A stretch of 64,000 bases of DNA from the human T2T-CHM13v2.0 reference genome, Homo sapiens. The first letter of the stretch is position 1, and each line of letters starts with the position of its first letter. The DNA is taken from NCBI RefSeq assembly GCF_009914755.1, contig NC_060947.1. One strand, given 5' to 3'. Position numbers and translations under genes: made by a program. Under the pieces are notes generated by a model, which saw nothing but the letters and a program-made list of their open reading frames with translations, was not told the DNA's origin and ran no database searches. Shown in pieces: positions 34,885 through 47,773 of this stretch.

Positions 34885-36270
34885 AGCCACCCATGAACCC
34901 AGATTTATATTTACTGCTTTATGCAGTATTTTAAATCAGATAAAAGGAAAATAGCCCACCCCAGAGGTGGGCTAGGCTAGGAGGCCTTCCACTTATCTTT
35001 TTATGGGGTAGGCAGTTTTTACTGTAATGTACTGCTTTTCGGCAATGGGTTCCACTTGTTGCAATTCCCTATATGTGCTCAACAGCTGTTGCTCTAGGAC
35101 TGTATAGTGGGATTCTGCCCCCTTTCATAATTGAGACCAAAACCCTACAAGTATCATTTCTATTGGTTACTTTTGTCACCAACTTCAATTTATCCCCATG
35201 ACATCTCTAGTGACTTCTAATACAAAAGGATGCTGTGGCAGTGGGACCTCTAGTGCTTGGGCTTGTTTCACCAACATTTTCGTTTTGTCAAATGTTCTTT
35301 GTCTATATGTGTCCAGTCTCATTTTTCTACCTTGCTTTATTAGGGGGTATAATGGGTGGGCTGTTTGTGCCAAATGAGGAATAAGTAGTCACCAGTAGCC
35401 CAGTAAACCTAGGAAAACCTGAAATTAGTTTACTCTCTGGGAAACAGGCTACTGTGCTATCTTATCAGTGACAATTCTGGGCATGTTTCATGTCTTATGC
35501 AACCACATAACTCTTGGGAATTTGATGGCTGCACTGGGCCCTGTATCATTTTGAGTTTGACTTCCCATCCCCTGTTCTTTAGGCCATCCCAGACAGTTTG
35601 TAGGGCAGTCTTCATATCTGTAAGAGACTCAGAGGTTAGCATGTTATCATTAATATAGTGAAACAAGGTGACCAAGGCAGGCAAAGAGAGTTTAGACAGG
35701 TCTTGCTCAGCCATACTCTGAGGGATGGTGGAGCTGTGCAGGTACCCTTGTGGTAGCACCTGGAAAGTCCATTGTTGGCCCTCCTAAGGGAAGGCAAACT
35801 GGTCTTGTTAATCTCCTGATAAAGGAATACTGAAAAAGGTGTTAACCAAGTCAATGATAGCATGGACACTTCCTAGCTTAAGGACCACTTTCCCTAGCAG
35901 TTGAACAATATTGTGTACAATTGCATGTACAGGGATCATCACTTTGTTTCGCTTACAGTAGTCTACTGTAATTGTCCAGATGCCATCTGGCTTCTTCACA
36001 GGCAACACAGTGCTGTTATGGGGGTCTTGGCCAGCCTGAATGCTTGTAAATTGTGTAATTTCTGCATTGTTTGGGTGATTTAAGAGTATCCCCTTGGCAG
36101 GTGGTATCGTTTCATGTTCATTACTTGTCTCAGCTGAAGCAAGTATACAGACACCCATTTTTCCCCTTCCCTTTTCAATCCTTCATTGCTTTCTGGACTT
36201 GGGTCTTGTTTCTATCTAATTCACTGAGGCCAACCAATGCTTCCCCTATTGTCACAGATGTTATTTACCA
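34885..36270 (-). pseudogene. Class III ERV (HERV-S/ERVL-related) pol remnant: RT and tether region
   Basis: Translations 'PHNSTVLPVKKPDGIWTITVDY...AIIDLVNTFFSIPL' and 'LPQGYLHS...HYINDNML' match retroviral RT motifs (LPQG, YxDD-like). Confidence 0.85.
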
Positions 36271-36274
36271 TTAA

Positions 36275-37700
36275 CAGACTCAGAAGTGTGACCATCGAAC
36301 TATATTATACCACTTTTCAATTGGAAATGACCTACACATTCAGCAAGTACCTAAAAATAATTTTAAGATTTTAAACTACACAAAATGTCCATCTACAAGG
36401 ATTTATTTCATTTACATTTACTCAATTTATTTTTAGCAGTTAATCTAGATTACTCATGAGAACCAAGACATTAGACAAAGCTAGTGATCATTCCAAGTTA
36501 TCTCCTTGTTAACCATTTTCTTAGCCTGCGAATATCAGGTGTTCACCTAAACGAGAGCCTTAAAGTTACAAACATGGTTATTTTTACCAATAACTCAGAA
36601 AATGTAGCTGTTTTAATTAAGCCAATACTATCAAATTGGTCTTGCTTATCAAAAAATCAGACAAACAAAGATCATTCCAAGCAAAGACTAATCAAAGATC
36701 AGTCTTGCTTATCAAAAAATCACACAAACAAAAAGATCATTTTTGTCTGGGTTTATGGTGTTATAAACTTCATGTCAAACCCTGATACCTTAAAATATCT
36801 AGTAAAGGCAAATATAAAACTTATCTAATTAGTATACCCAGACAAAAATGTGTGCTGACAATTCTGAAGACATTATTTTTATTTTACCAATAATTTTAAA
36901 GCCAGTTTTATTTATTAAAGATCACTAAATTCACATGAACTTGAAAGACATTTGGATTTCTTTATTTTATGAGTGCTCATTTACTTGTAAGCCAATTTGT
37001 GATTATGCTAAACACAACATCTAATACATGTGCGTAGAGATAAACACATTTAAACACGTATACACACATACACACATATTCAATAGCTTTTCCCTCAGAA
37101 CTCTAGCCACGAGACAGCATCACAAACTCACTATTTTACAAATGACAGCTGGACCCAAATTACTTCTGACAAAATTGGGACCTCTTCACATGATTAAAAT
37201 TTGTTTGCCTTATAGGTAATCCAATGAAGGCTATGGTCCAACATTTTGGGTGAAACGGTTTCCATAGCAGTTTTATTCTAAAAAAAACCTCTTTTATCCT
37301 TTCTTTCCCCACAGTTTCAACTGAGTTTTTGATGTTTACATTTTAGCTAGAACTGGCTGAACTGTATAAGAAAAACAAAATCTCCGGTGGCCTTGAGTTG
37401 GAAGTACCATAAACAGTGAGTTTTATCTCAACATAGTAGCTTAATAACAGAAGATTCAAAGCAGATAGAAAAGGGAATAAAGAGAGAATTAGAGGGAAAG
37501 CTTTAGAAAAATCGACTTAACTATAGTTGCAGGTTAACCATTTGAGCTCTGATTTTACTTTTGCTGTAATTTGCCCATGCATTTAAAAATGTACAGAGGA
37601 AAGGGCCAGAATAGTTAACAAGCTGGAGTCCTAGAAAACCTGGGATGCCTTTGAACTTCTGCAGGAGTTACTACCTTTTTTCCTTTCCTGCTCTAATAAT
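36275..37700 (-). mobile_element. AT-rich ERV1/MER4-group internal sequence without LTRs
   Basis: Resembles MER4-group non-coding internals ('tgctgacaattctgaagacatt', 'acagctggacccaaatt'); recognised from memory only. Confidence 0.5.
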
Positions 37701-38265
37701 TTCTCAGTAGCCGGCCTTATTGCAACAACAAGGTATTGACTCTCCTATCATACTTTAATATTTTAACTTTCTGCAATATTTCCTCAATCCCCACCAGCAT
37801 TTTCCGAATGTCCCTGTACTCACATGGTGGCTCAAAACGGTTGAGCATCTGGGCAACTCCACCACACATGCATATTGCCAACCACCCCGGGATTCCCTCA
37901 GCAGAGACCCCTTCTTGACTCATCATTTGATCTCTCATATCCTGTCCGCGATGCCAACTGTTACAAGAAAAATGTGAGACTGCAACCTCCCTCCCCCCGC
38001 AAAAAAATTTGGAAAGGAACTGAGAGACCGAAGAATGACTCAGAAAAGTCCAGCTTGATGAGTAGATGAGTTTATTAGGATTTACATACAGGGCACTCCT
38101 GTGTAGACGCAGGACAGCTCTAGAGATGTGTGCTGTCTCCCATTTCTAAACTGCTTTTAAGCTAATTTTCTGGCTCTTTTCCTAATGTGTTTGGACACTG
38201 AGACTTTTTTTCTTGTTAGGCTCTCAGATCCTCTGTGGAATGTATGGGTTCTCAGGACACCTGCT
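37700..38265 (-). mobile_element. 5' LTR (partial, 37959-38265), PBS and start of the internal/gag-like region of a class III ERV
   Basis: On the minus strand the LTR ends ...gtaaca, then gt, then tggcatcgcggacaggat (PBS). PolyA signal aataaa on the minus strand at about 38070. A short ORF (37717-37938) follows the PBS. Confidence 0.75.
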
Positions 38266-38267
38266 CT

Positions 38268-39816
38268 TGGATTGTTTTACTGCATTCCTTGAACTGGATT
38301 TCAATTTCCTCTTCAATCTCAATGAGCACATCCTTGCCATCCAGATTCTGAATTCTGTGTCTGTCATTTAAGTCATTTCAGACTGGTTAAGAACCATTGC
38401 TGGGGAGCTAGTGAACTTGTTTGGAGGTAAGGGGACACTGGTGTTTTTAATTACCAGAGTTCTTATGCTGATTCTTTCTCACCTGGAAGGGTTTGTGTTC
38501 CTTTAACTGGTGTGTAATTTGAATATAGTCACTTGGCTTTGTTTCTGGATGTATTCACAGGGCCAGCACTCTGTACACAGTCTTCATCTGGGGCTGAATT
38601 CTTGCCCTTATTTTCACAGGGAGGGTGTACTTGCAATTTATTTTGGATGTTGTAGTTTGCGCTATGATCCAGTAGATGGCGCTTAGGATTAATGGCCCAT
38701 AGATAGGCTCTTAGCTGCGTGTCTCCTTTGTGTTAATACTTCCTGGCATTTGCAGCTCTGCTCTGCGCTGCATGAGGAAGACCGATGCCCCCCTCTTACC
38801 AGGTCCACTCCTGGGCCTTGGGGGGGCTGCCTCTTGTCACTGGCACTGTATTCACATTTCTTTTATTAGGTGTTCTGGGCTATCAGGCTCCCTTGAGTGG
38901 AGGCCACCACAGGGAGATAGGCCACACTCTCCATACTGGCCCTGTGTAGGGTGTCTCACCCTGCTCCCGTGCCAGTGCATGAAACTGCGTGTGTCACCCT
39001 TCTCAGTGTTCTGAGAGTGTGGCTCCTCCTTCACTGAAGTGCCAGCCACAAATCTTGGCTCCGCACTCTCAAGCTGTATGCAGCAGCCCTGGGGCATGGG
39101 TACCTGCCCATGGCTCCATCCTCTCGACCTTTGGCATCAGGTTTTGGGTGTACTGGGAGGTCTGAGAACAGGCCACTGGGAACATCCTCAGGTACAGCAA
39201 GGAACCAAGGCCAGGCATCAGAGACTGTGCCATGCACATGTTCCTGTGGGGCAGCCAAGCAGTGGCTCTTGGAAGGGCTCGTGGCAGGGGGGCGTGCAGA
39301 ACAGATGTGCCCCAGTACCACAGGGAAGACGGCCCCACTTTCTCCAGGTCCAGCATTCAACTGGGTCTAGAGCTTTTTGGAAGGAGATGTAGAGCCCTGT
39401 GGGGGTGTGTTCCTATGGCTGCCCCGTGCACAAAGGTCTCTGGTTCCATGCTGGCTAAAGCCCTGACTCTGCCTACTCTCTGAGAACATCCCTCTGCCAG
39501 CTCAAATATCCATGGGGGACATGGGGTTCCCTGCAGCTAGGATCCCAGAGGGCCACAGTGAGAGTAGGGAGTCCCATAGTCTTTTCACTAACCCCTTCCC
39601 CAGGAGCCATTTGGGGCTGGGAAGTAGCCCTAGCATGTGGGTACCCCTCACAAGGCTCCCAGCTTCCTCCCTATTAAGCCGCAGTGTCTGTGTGGCTTTT
39701 GCATCAACTATTGTCATTTTCTCTCTGAAGAGCTATTCAAATTATGTTGGTTTACTCAATTTCTGTCTTTCTCGGTGGGAGCAGTGCTTCCTGGCTACTT
39801 CTAGTCAGTCATCTCA
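38268..39816 (-). mobile_element. L1PA13-16/L1PREC-type 5' UTR and ORF1 start
   Basis: Ends 'cttctagtcagtcatctc', antisense to an L1 5' terminus. GC-rich UTR. Confidence 0.75.
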
Positions 39817-39944
39817 TTCCTCTCTCCAGAAATTATTTGTTTTCTTTCCTTTCTCTTCTCTCTTTCTGGGAGTCCCATAAATTAGGCTACTTCGGGTATT
39901 TCCAGACTCACTGATGGTCTTTTTAGTTTTAAAATACACTGTTC

Positions 39945-40292
39945 AAGTAGATATCATAGAAGCAGAGAGTAGAATAGTGGTTACCAGGTGCTGGGGAGGG
40001 CTGGAGGAAAGAGGTATGGGGAGACATTGGTCAACGGTTATAAAGTTAGGAGGAATAAGTTCTGGTGTTCTATTGCAGTAGGGTGACTGTAATTAACAAT
40101 AATGTATTGTATATTTCCAAACAGCTAGAAGAGAGAATTTTGAATGTTCTCAACATAAAAAATAATAAATGTGTGAGGTGACAGATTTGCTAATTATCTT
40201 GATTTGATCATTACACAATGTATACATGTATCAAAACATCACATTGTACTCCATAAATATGTGCAGTTATTATTTGTCAACTACAAATAAAA
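39945..40292 (+). mobile_element. L1MA (MA4-7-like) 3' end
   Basis: 'agaagcagagagtagaatagtggttaccagg...gatttgatcattacacaatgtatac'. Confidence 0.85.
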
Positions 40293-40329
40293 TATAACTT
40301 TTCAAAAGTTCTTGGTAATTCAGAGAAAA

Positions 40330-41965
40330 AATACATTTTTCCCCATGTATTTCATTTCGGATAGTTTCTATTATTCTGTCCTTGAGTTTACTGATTTTTT
40401 TTCTGCTCTTAATTTTATCCAGTGTATTTTTAATCTCAGACACTGTGTCCTTTTATCCCTAGAGGTTGGGTTTGAGTGTCTTTTAAATTGCTCACATTTC
40501 TACTTAACTTTTTGAATGCATGGAACACAGTTATAACTGTTGTAATATTATTGTCTTCTATTTTTTAACATTTGGGTGAGTTTTGGTTTCAATTATTTAA
40601 TTATCCTCATTATGCGTAGCTTTTTTTTTTTTTTTTTTTTTTTGCTACTTTCGATGCTTGGTAATCTTTGACTGGAGGCCAGATATTGTTAATTTTACTT
40701 TGTTAGTTGCTGAATATTTTTCTATTTCTATAAATCTTCTTAAGCTTTGTTTTGGGATACAGTTAAGTGACTTGAAAAGTGTGGACCCTTTACATGTTGC
40801 TTTTTTAATTTTTTTGGTGGATCCAGAGAATTTTTCCATGTAGAGCTAATTACTTATCATTACTGAGGCTAGACCTTTCTGTGTACTCTATCCAATGACC
40901 TGTAAATTATGAATCTTCCAGTCTGGTTTGTGGGAACATTCACTATTCCCAGTCTTATGTAACTGCGAGACACTGCTCCCTTTAATTCTATCAGATGGCT
41001 CTCTCCCGCTATGGACTGAATTGTGTCATTCCAAAGTTCATATGTTGAAGCCATAATGTGACTGTATTTGGAGGTAGAACTTACAGATGCCTAATAAGTT
41101 TAAATGAGGGTATAAGTGTGTGGGGTTCTATTCTGATAGAATTGGCGGCTTTATAAAAAGAGGAAAACATTCTCTCTCTCTCTCTCTCTCTCTGCCCCTC
41201 TCTGTCTCTCTCTTTCTCTCTCTCTCCCCCCTTTTCTCTCTCTCTCTCTTCCCCTCTCTGTCTCTCTCTTTCTCTCTCTCTCCCCCCCTTTCTCTCTCTC
41301 TCTCTTCCCCTCTCTCTCTTTCTGCATGCACTAAGAAAGCATCATGTGAGAGCACAGCAAAAAGGTTACTGTCTGAAAGCCAGTAGGTGACCATCCCCAG
41401 AAACTAACCCTGCCAGATCTTGATCTGGGACTTCTAGCTTCCAGAAATGTGAGAAATAAATTTCTGTTGTTTAAGCTGCCTGTATTTCAGTAACTTGTTA
41501 TGCAAGCTCTGGCTGGCTAATTCATCCCCCTAGCCCTTGATAACTTCCTCACATGCGTGCTCTGCTGAATACTTGAGGAGGACTCTCTTTAATCTCCAGG
41601 ACTCTTTCTCTGTATAGCTCTCTCTTCTTTGGCTATCATGGGAACTCTAGCAGCTATGGACTCCCTGGGCTCTCAGTTCTGTTTCCTTAACTCAAAGGGT
41701 TTTCCAGGCTCTGCCTATGTTTCGTTTTTTTTTTTTTTTTTTTTTTTTGCTCTACAGCCTGGAAATTCTCTCAAGACAACAAATTGGTTTATCATAAGGC
41801 TCACTTTATTTGTTTTCCATCTCTTCCATTGTCTTTCATTATTTGATGTTTCTGGTGTCTTGAATACCATTGTTTCATATACTTCCACGTTTTTTTTTTT
41901 AATTGCTTCATGTGGGCAGGTAAATATGGTTCTTGTTACTTCATCTTGGCTTGAAGAAATTATCT
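40330..41965 (-). mobile_element. Ancient L1M 5'/ORF1-region fragment hosting an MLT1A LTR
   Basis: Degenerate T-rich sequence, 'ctttgttttgggatacagttaagtgacttgaaa'. Confidence 0.5.
41008..41524 (+). mobile_element. MLT1A-type MaLR LTR with an expanded internal (CT)n at 41171-41322
   Basis: 'gctatggactgaattgtgtc...ttcatatgttgaagcc' through 'gagaaataaatttctgttgtttaagc'. Confidence 0.85.
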
Positions 41966-42214
41966 TCTTTTCTCTAAGGTTTTGATTGATTAACATCTGT
42001 GTTTCATTTTCATATGATCTTATTGCCAAATACTGGAAAGCAAATGACCCCTTATTGCAAAGCAACATTTTCAGATTCCTGTTTCTCTAACTCTTCCGAA
42101 ACTTAGTTATTAACTCTTCCCCACATATACCAAATGTTTCCATACATCTCTGTGTCTTTGCACAAACCGGAATATTTAACCCTTCCTAGCTCTATGGGAA
42201 AACCCACTTATCTA

Positions 42215-42600
42215 AGTAGTTACCATTTATTAAGTACTTATTATATGTAAAACATTAATCCTTACTACAGTGCTCTGAAGTAAGCCCCAATATTGTATTT
42301 TTTTTAATATATAGAAAACTTAAGACTAAAGCATTATAAGTAATTTGCCCAAGGTCAGACAGCTAAAAATAGCTGACCCAGTATTTAAACCCAAGTTGGT
42401 TTGATTCTTTAGCATATGCCTATTATTAATCTTGTCTCTAATGTAATGATATATTTCTATGCCTGTATTTACCACTAGCCTGTGTACTCCTTGAAGGCAA
42501 TATCTGATTTATTTACATATTTTCAGTGCCTAGTCCAATACCTAGCACATCATAAACTCTCATAATGTATGTTGACTGATTAAATAAATGAATGAATGTG
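42215..42600. mobile_element. MIR (minus, about 42215-42420) inside an L2 3' end (plus)
   Basis: 'aagtaatttgcccaaggtcagacagcta'; 'cctagcacat...aaatgaatgaatg'. Confidence 0.6.
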
Positions 42601-43459
42601 TGGACCAGATAGAGGCTTGGCTGGAGGAAGGTGTCAGCCCTGGCTGAGAGAGATTATAGAGGACCAGTCTATGTAGAACACTGAACAAGTTCATTCAGGA
42701 AATACTTCCTGCAAGATAAATAAATACATTTTAAAATCCAAACAAGATCACAAAGACTTTCTTTAGTAGTGGTAGACATGCATTCAGAATTTTACCTTAG
42801 CACTTCAGAAATGAAAGAAAATGTCTAGTCTTTCAACCACTTGAGGAAGATAAATTTTGTATTTCAAATCCATCAGAGGGTTTATGTGATTTAAGAGATA
42901 TGTGACTTCAGAGCTAATCCTTATCTCTTGGCTTAGAATTTCAAGTCAAGTTAAATTTGAAGTGCCTTGATTAATTACATGGAGGCCAGACACCTAAAAA
43001 ACATTTTGGTTCTCATAGCGTAAATGTTAAGGCTATTACTCTTCTAACTTTAGCTTTTAGGATAAATTTGGTGTCTATGAAATGATAAGATTAGAGGCCT
43101 GGAAACAGCACAAATGCATTGGCATTCATAAGTAAAAGGGGACATTTGGCCTCTGCTCCTGAGTAAAGGGTATGCGCTTTGAGACATTTCTGAATTTGTC
43201 AAACATGCTTAGACTTGAGCCATGTAATTGTCGTATGTTGGAAAGGCATTGGGTACTCTTGAATGTTTCTTGCAGTGGCCTGTGTCTTTGTTTGGGCTTA
43301 GAGATTGAAGAGACTAAAGAGGATCTGGATCAGTGAAGAGGCAGACATGAGAGGATTTGACCAAATTGCACCTTCCAAGCCTGGCAGTATAGTATGTTCA
43401 CACTTGCATGTTTATGAGACTTTCTTGATCCTGATTCTGGGAATTATGATATGTTTCAC

Positions 43460-43630
43460 AGAGTCACAGCATGTCAGAGCTGAAAAGGGTTTTAGAGATC
43501 ACCTAAACCCATCATGATTGTATGGAGAAACTGAGGCCCGGGAAATGATTTATCCAAGGTCTCAGAGTTAGTACATGCTAGGATAGAACCCTGGTCTCTG
43601 ACACTTCAATATGTTGTTTTTTCTACTACT
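43460..43630 (-). mobile_element. MIR/MIR3
   Basis: 'ggagaaactgaggcccggga...tatccaaggtctcagagttag'. Confidence 0.65.
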
Positions 43631-44707
43631 CCAAAGTAACTCCTTGGAGAAAGAAAAGGTTGAGGGAAATGTATCTCCTTTCTCAGTGAGTGACACCACC
43701 ACTTATTGCATTATATTCTGTCATTGAATCTTCCTGGACAAATACCATGTGGAATTGGTCCCACAATACGTTTCTCTAGTCTTGTCCCAGAGCATCTTCA
43801 TACTGTAAGAGAAAATCCTTCTAAAAATTCATGACCATCAATCTCAGTTGGATTCTTGATACTTCTTGGACATCATTTTTGCTTGTCATTTCTTTCAGTG
43901 ATTGTACCAAATTTTTCCTAGTCTCGTTAAGTCCTGTATCCAACTATCAGCAGATGATGTTGCATGACTTCATTAAGAGAGTTAGAGTTATCAGATATGA
44001 GTTTTCCCCAGTCTCTTGGCCCTCCTCTACTATATTTTCCTTGGCCTCTGGTTTTTCTTTTCTCGATTCTCAGTGAAAGATGTGTCCTTTCTTCAAATCA
44101 AGTTCATTCCCTTACCCTGGTTTTTGGTCATATTTAGAATCAGCTCCTTTTCTGGGATAAGTTAGTTACTCATTATTCTATTTCTTTATGCTCTCTCTCT
44201 ACTAATTTCACTCTGGTCTGTCTGTCTTTGCTTTTTAAGCCTTGCTTCTTGAAAATGTATTCCATATTTGCTTTCTCCATTTATTCATTTGCAATGCAAT
44301 CCTCAATGCATTGCAATTTAGATTCTCTTCTCACCACTCCACTAAAGGCTTTTTACTAAGGAGGCTAATAATCTCCAAGCTGACAAATTCAATAGCTAGC
44401 TCTCTATTTTTAACGTATTGCATCTATCTGCTATGCTTGAAATTGATTTCTACTTCACCTTTGTTTTAAAACATTCTATTTCCTGGGCTTCCATAACACT
44501 AGTTTTTGTTTTTGTTCCTTTGTCTTTATAGCCACTCTTTTTCAATCTTCTTCAACAGTTCTTTCTCTTCTTTCTGTCTCTTAAACATTTATGTCTCTCA
44601 TGAGTCCCTCCTTGGCCCAATGTTGTTCTCTCTTTACATGCTTTTCTTGGGCCATATTATCATCTTCCAGGGTTTCAACTACAACCTATATTAACACTGA
44701 CACTTAA

Positions 44708-45012
<305 letters not shown>

Positions 45013-46221
45013 TTGTTGCATGCCTCCTGTACCTTAGTCTAAATGTGACCCTATCTGAATTCATCATCTACTACTTGTTTTAGTAAATTGCATCATCTAT
45101 CTAGGCATCTAATAATGCAACCTGAGAATTACCCTAGCATCTTCCCTTTTCCTCTCTGCCTTTCCGTTTTCCACTTTTTGTCAATCATCTTCTTGCATTT
45201 AGTGGCCAGGTTGATCATTCTAAAATAATCTGACAATTATACACCCATATTTAAAACTTTTAATGGATCCCTATCTTCTAGGGAATAAAAGTTGATTCCT
45301 TTATCATAATTTACAGGATACTTCATGATTTGGCCCCCATGTGATTCTAAAGCATCATATTTTTTTGGTTATTTCTCACTCCTTCTGTATAGTCTACTAC
45401 TAGCAAATTACACGTCCTTCTCTGTAAATAGTGTGCTGACTTCGATTTGTTGTACTTTTCCTTCCTGCATTTATCCATATAGAAAACTCCAACACACTCT
45501 CAGCAATTTCCTCCTGGAGATTTTGAGCCAGGCTATGTGCCCTGCTTCAGACTTCTCATGGCATCTGTATAGACTTTTTGCATTACATATGCCATATTTT
45601 TCTGAAATTATCTGTGTATGTGTCAATTTTCTCAATGGGCAATATACTCCATGAGAGTTGGGTTTATATCTTATTTATCTTTGTAGTTTTGTGTTTTGTA
45701 TAGTATAGGCATTCAGTAAATATTAATAAAATATTTAATCATATTAACCACTCAAGACAGGCCTATTGGATTCTTAGAAAACTCTTTTTCATTCATCTTT
45801 CCACATCTAATTATTCACCAATATTTAGAATATATCTTCAACTTGTCTTCTTCCCTCCATTGCTACTGTTACTGCCTTACTTCTAGACTTCATATTCTCT
45901 TGCCCATGTAATTAGAATAATTTACTCATGGGTATTTCCCTCCAATTTATTCTTCACACTTCAAGCCAATGTAACCACTCTTACAAATTTAACCATGTCT
46001 CGCCTTTGCTTAATACTTTTGATAGATTCTCGTAGGGCAAAAACCAAACACCTTAGTCTGGCTTTCAGTAATGTCAGTTTCCTATTTCTCCAGCTTTATA
46101 TCTTGCCATTTTCCCCCCATACATTTGTGCTCTATTTGTACCAAAATTTTAAAGTTCCCTAGTCACCTGTACCTGCTCCATGCTACCATGGCTTTCTGAT
46201 TAAAATACTTTTCCTCTTTCA

Positions 46222-46267
46222 TTCTGGGATACATGTATCCCAGAACTTAAAGTACATTAAAAAATAC

Positions 46268-46295
<28 letters not shown>
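46222..46295 (+). mobile_element. Minimal L1PA (PA7/8-like) 3' tail with polyA and a palindromic 5' end
   Basis: 'acatgtatcccagaacttaaagta' plus a long A tail. Imperfect TSD aaaatacttttcctc / aaaaacctttccctc. Confidence 0.75.
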
Positions 46296-46300
<5 letters not shown>

Positions 46301-47263
46301 CCCTCACCCCTTGTCCTTTCGGGAAAAATATTTACTTGTTTGAAAGATTCAAGATTGGTTAAATACTGCAGTCTCAACATCCAGAACAGTGCCTGGTATG
46401 GAGTAGGTACTTACTGACTGCTGTTGAGTGAATAATTGTATGAATAAATAAAGGTGATAACCCAGTTTAGGTACCATATAGAGACAAAAGGAGAAAGAAT
46501 TTTAGGGGATAATGAACGTGGAGATTAAGAAGTGTATGATACCAGAATAAATAATTCCTCTGGTCTCATAAAGTTCAAAGAGGGAACAAAGTAGAAGATA
46601 TAATCCTGAAATCAGACAAATGATCTGTTTTTAGCAGTCATAACATGCTGGTGGGTTGAAAGGAAGCAACTTTTATATTTTAATGCCATACTTCCTCATC
46701 CTGCTAAACACATAGGTCATTCCCTTCTTCTGTGACAAGTGCTCCTTAGATGGCTGAAGGAAAAGGACTCAGTGTGAATTAGATTAATCAGCTTGCTTTT
46801 CTAACATTTAATAAGCAAACTGCACTGAGGAAATAGGATTTTTAATACAGTAGGAGAGTAGGACCAGGGCTGTGTGTTGAATCTTGGCATGGGAACGAGA
46901 GATGGACAAATCTCAGTGGTCTTTGACGTGAGCAAGAAGGCATATGAAAGCACAAAATGGATTGGGTGAAGGGAGACAAGGCTAACAGGGAGATGTGACT
47001 GCATCTCCCTCTTAGCCTTAGTTTATTTACTATAGTTTATAGTTTATATAGTTTATAGTAAATAAACTATAAACAGACTTATGAACCTGGGTCTAAGATA
47101 ATATGAGCACACAGAGTTCACAGGGGAAATGAAAGGGCTGTTAGAATTCCAGCAAAAGAGAGCAGACAAAAGGAAGGAAGATAAAAGGTCAGAAAAGAGG
47201 CCTTCACATGGCCATTTTGATGGTTAGCACAGAAATAGTTGAATGTTGAAACTTGTTGCCTCA

Positions 47264-47773
47264 TGTATTTTTCTATTGCTGAAAGTTTCTAACAAATTAC
47301 CACAAACTTAGTTGTCCTTAAAATATCAGAAATGTATTATTCTTACAGTTTGGAGTGTTAGAAATCCAAAATACATCTTGCTGAGCTAAAATGAAGGTAT
47401 TGGCAGGGCTGCATTCCTTTTGGAGCTCTAGGGGAGAATCCATTTTCTTGCCTGTTTCAGCTTCTAGACACTGTCCACATTTCTTAGCTAGTGACCCTCT
47501 TCCTCCATTTTGAAAGCCTACAACACTGAGTCAAATCTTTCTCATGCTGCCATCTCACTAATTCTCTTTCTTCTACTGCCCTCCTCCACTTGTAAGAACC
47601 CATGTGATTACATTGAACCCAGATAGTCTGAGATAATCTTGCCACCTAATTAGCAACTTTAATTCCATCTGCAACCTTCAGTCTTTTTTGCCACGTAACC
47701 TAACATAGTCACAAGTTTCAGGGATTAAGATGTGAACATCTCTGGGGAGGAAGCACATTATTCTACCTAACAC
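47264..47773 (-). mobile_element. MLT1D-like LTR
   Basis: 'taacaaattaccacaaacttag...ggcagggctgcattcc...gggattaagatgtgaacatc'. Confidence 0.85.

Noticed and set aside
38730-39880. GC-rich region with many overlapping ORFs, resembling a promoter or exon
   Set aside because: It is the antisense 5' UTR of an old L1PA; CpG-depleted, and stop-poor because of its composition.
41120-41394. Ser/Leu- and Glu/Arg-rich ORFs
   Set aside because: Translation of the (CT)n microsatellite inside MLT1A.
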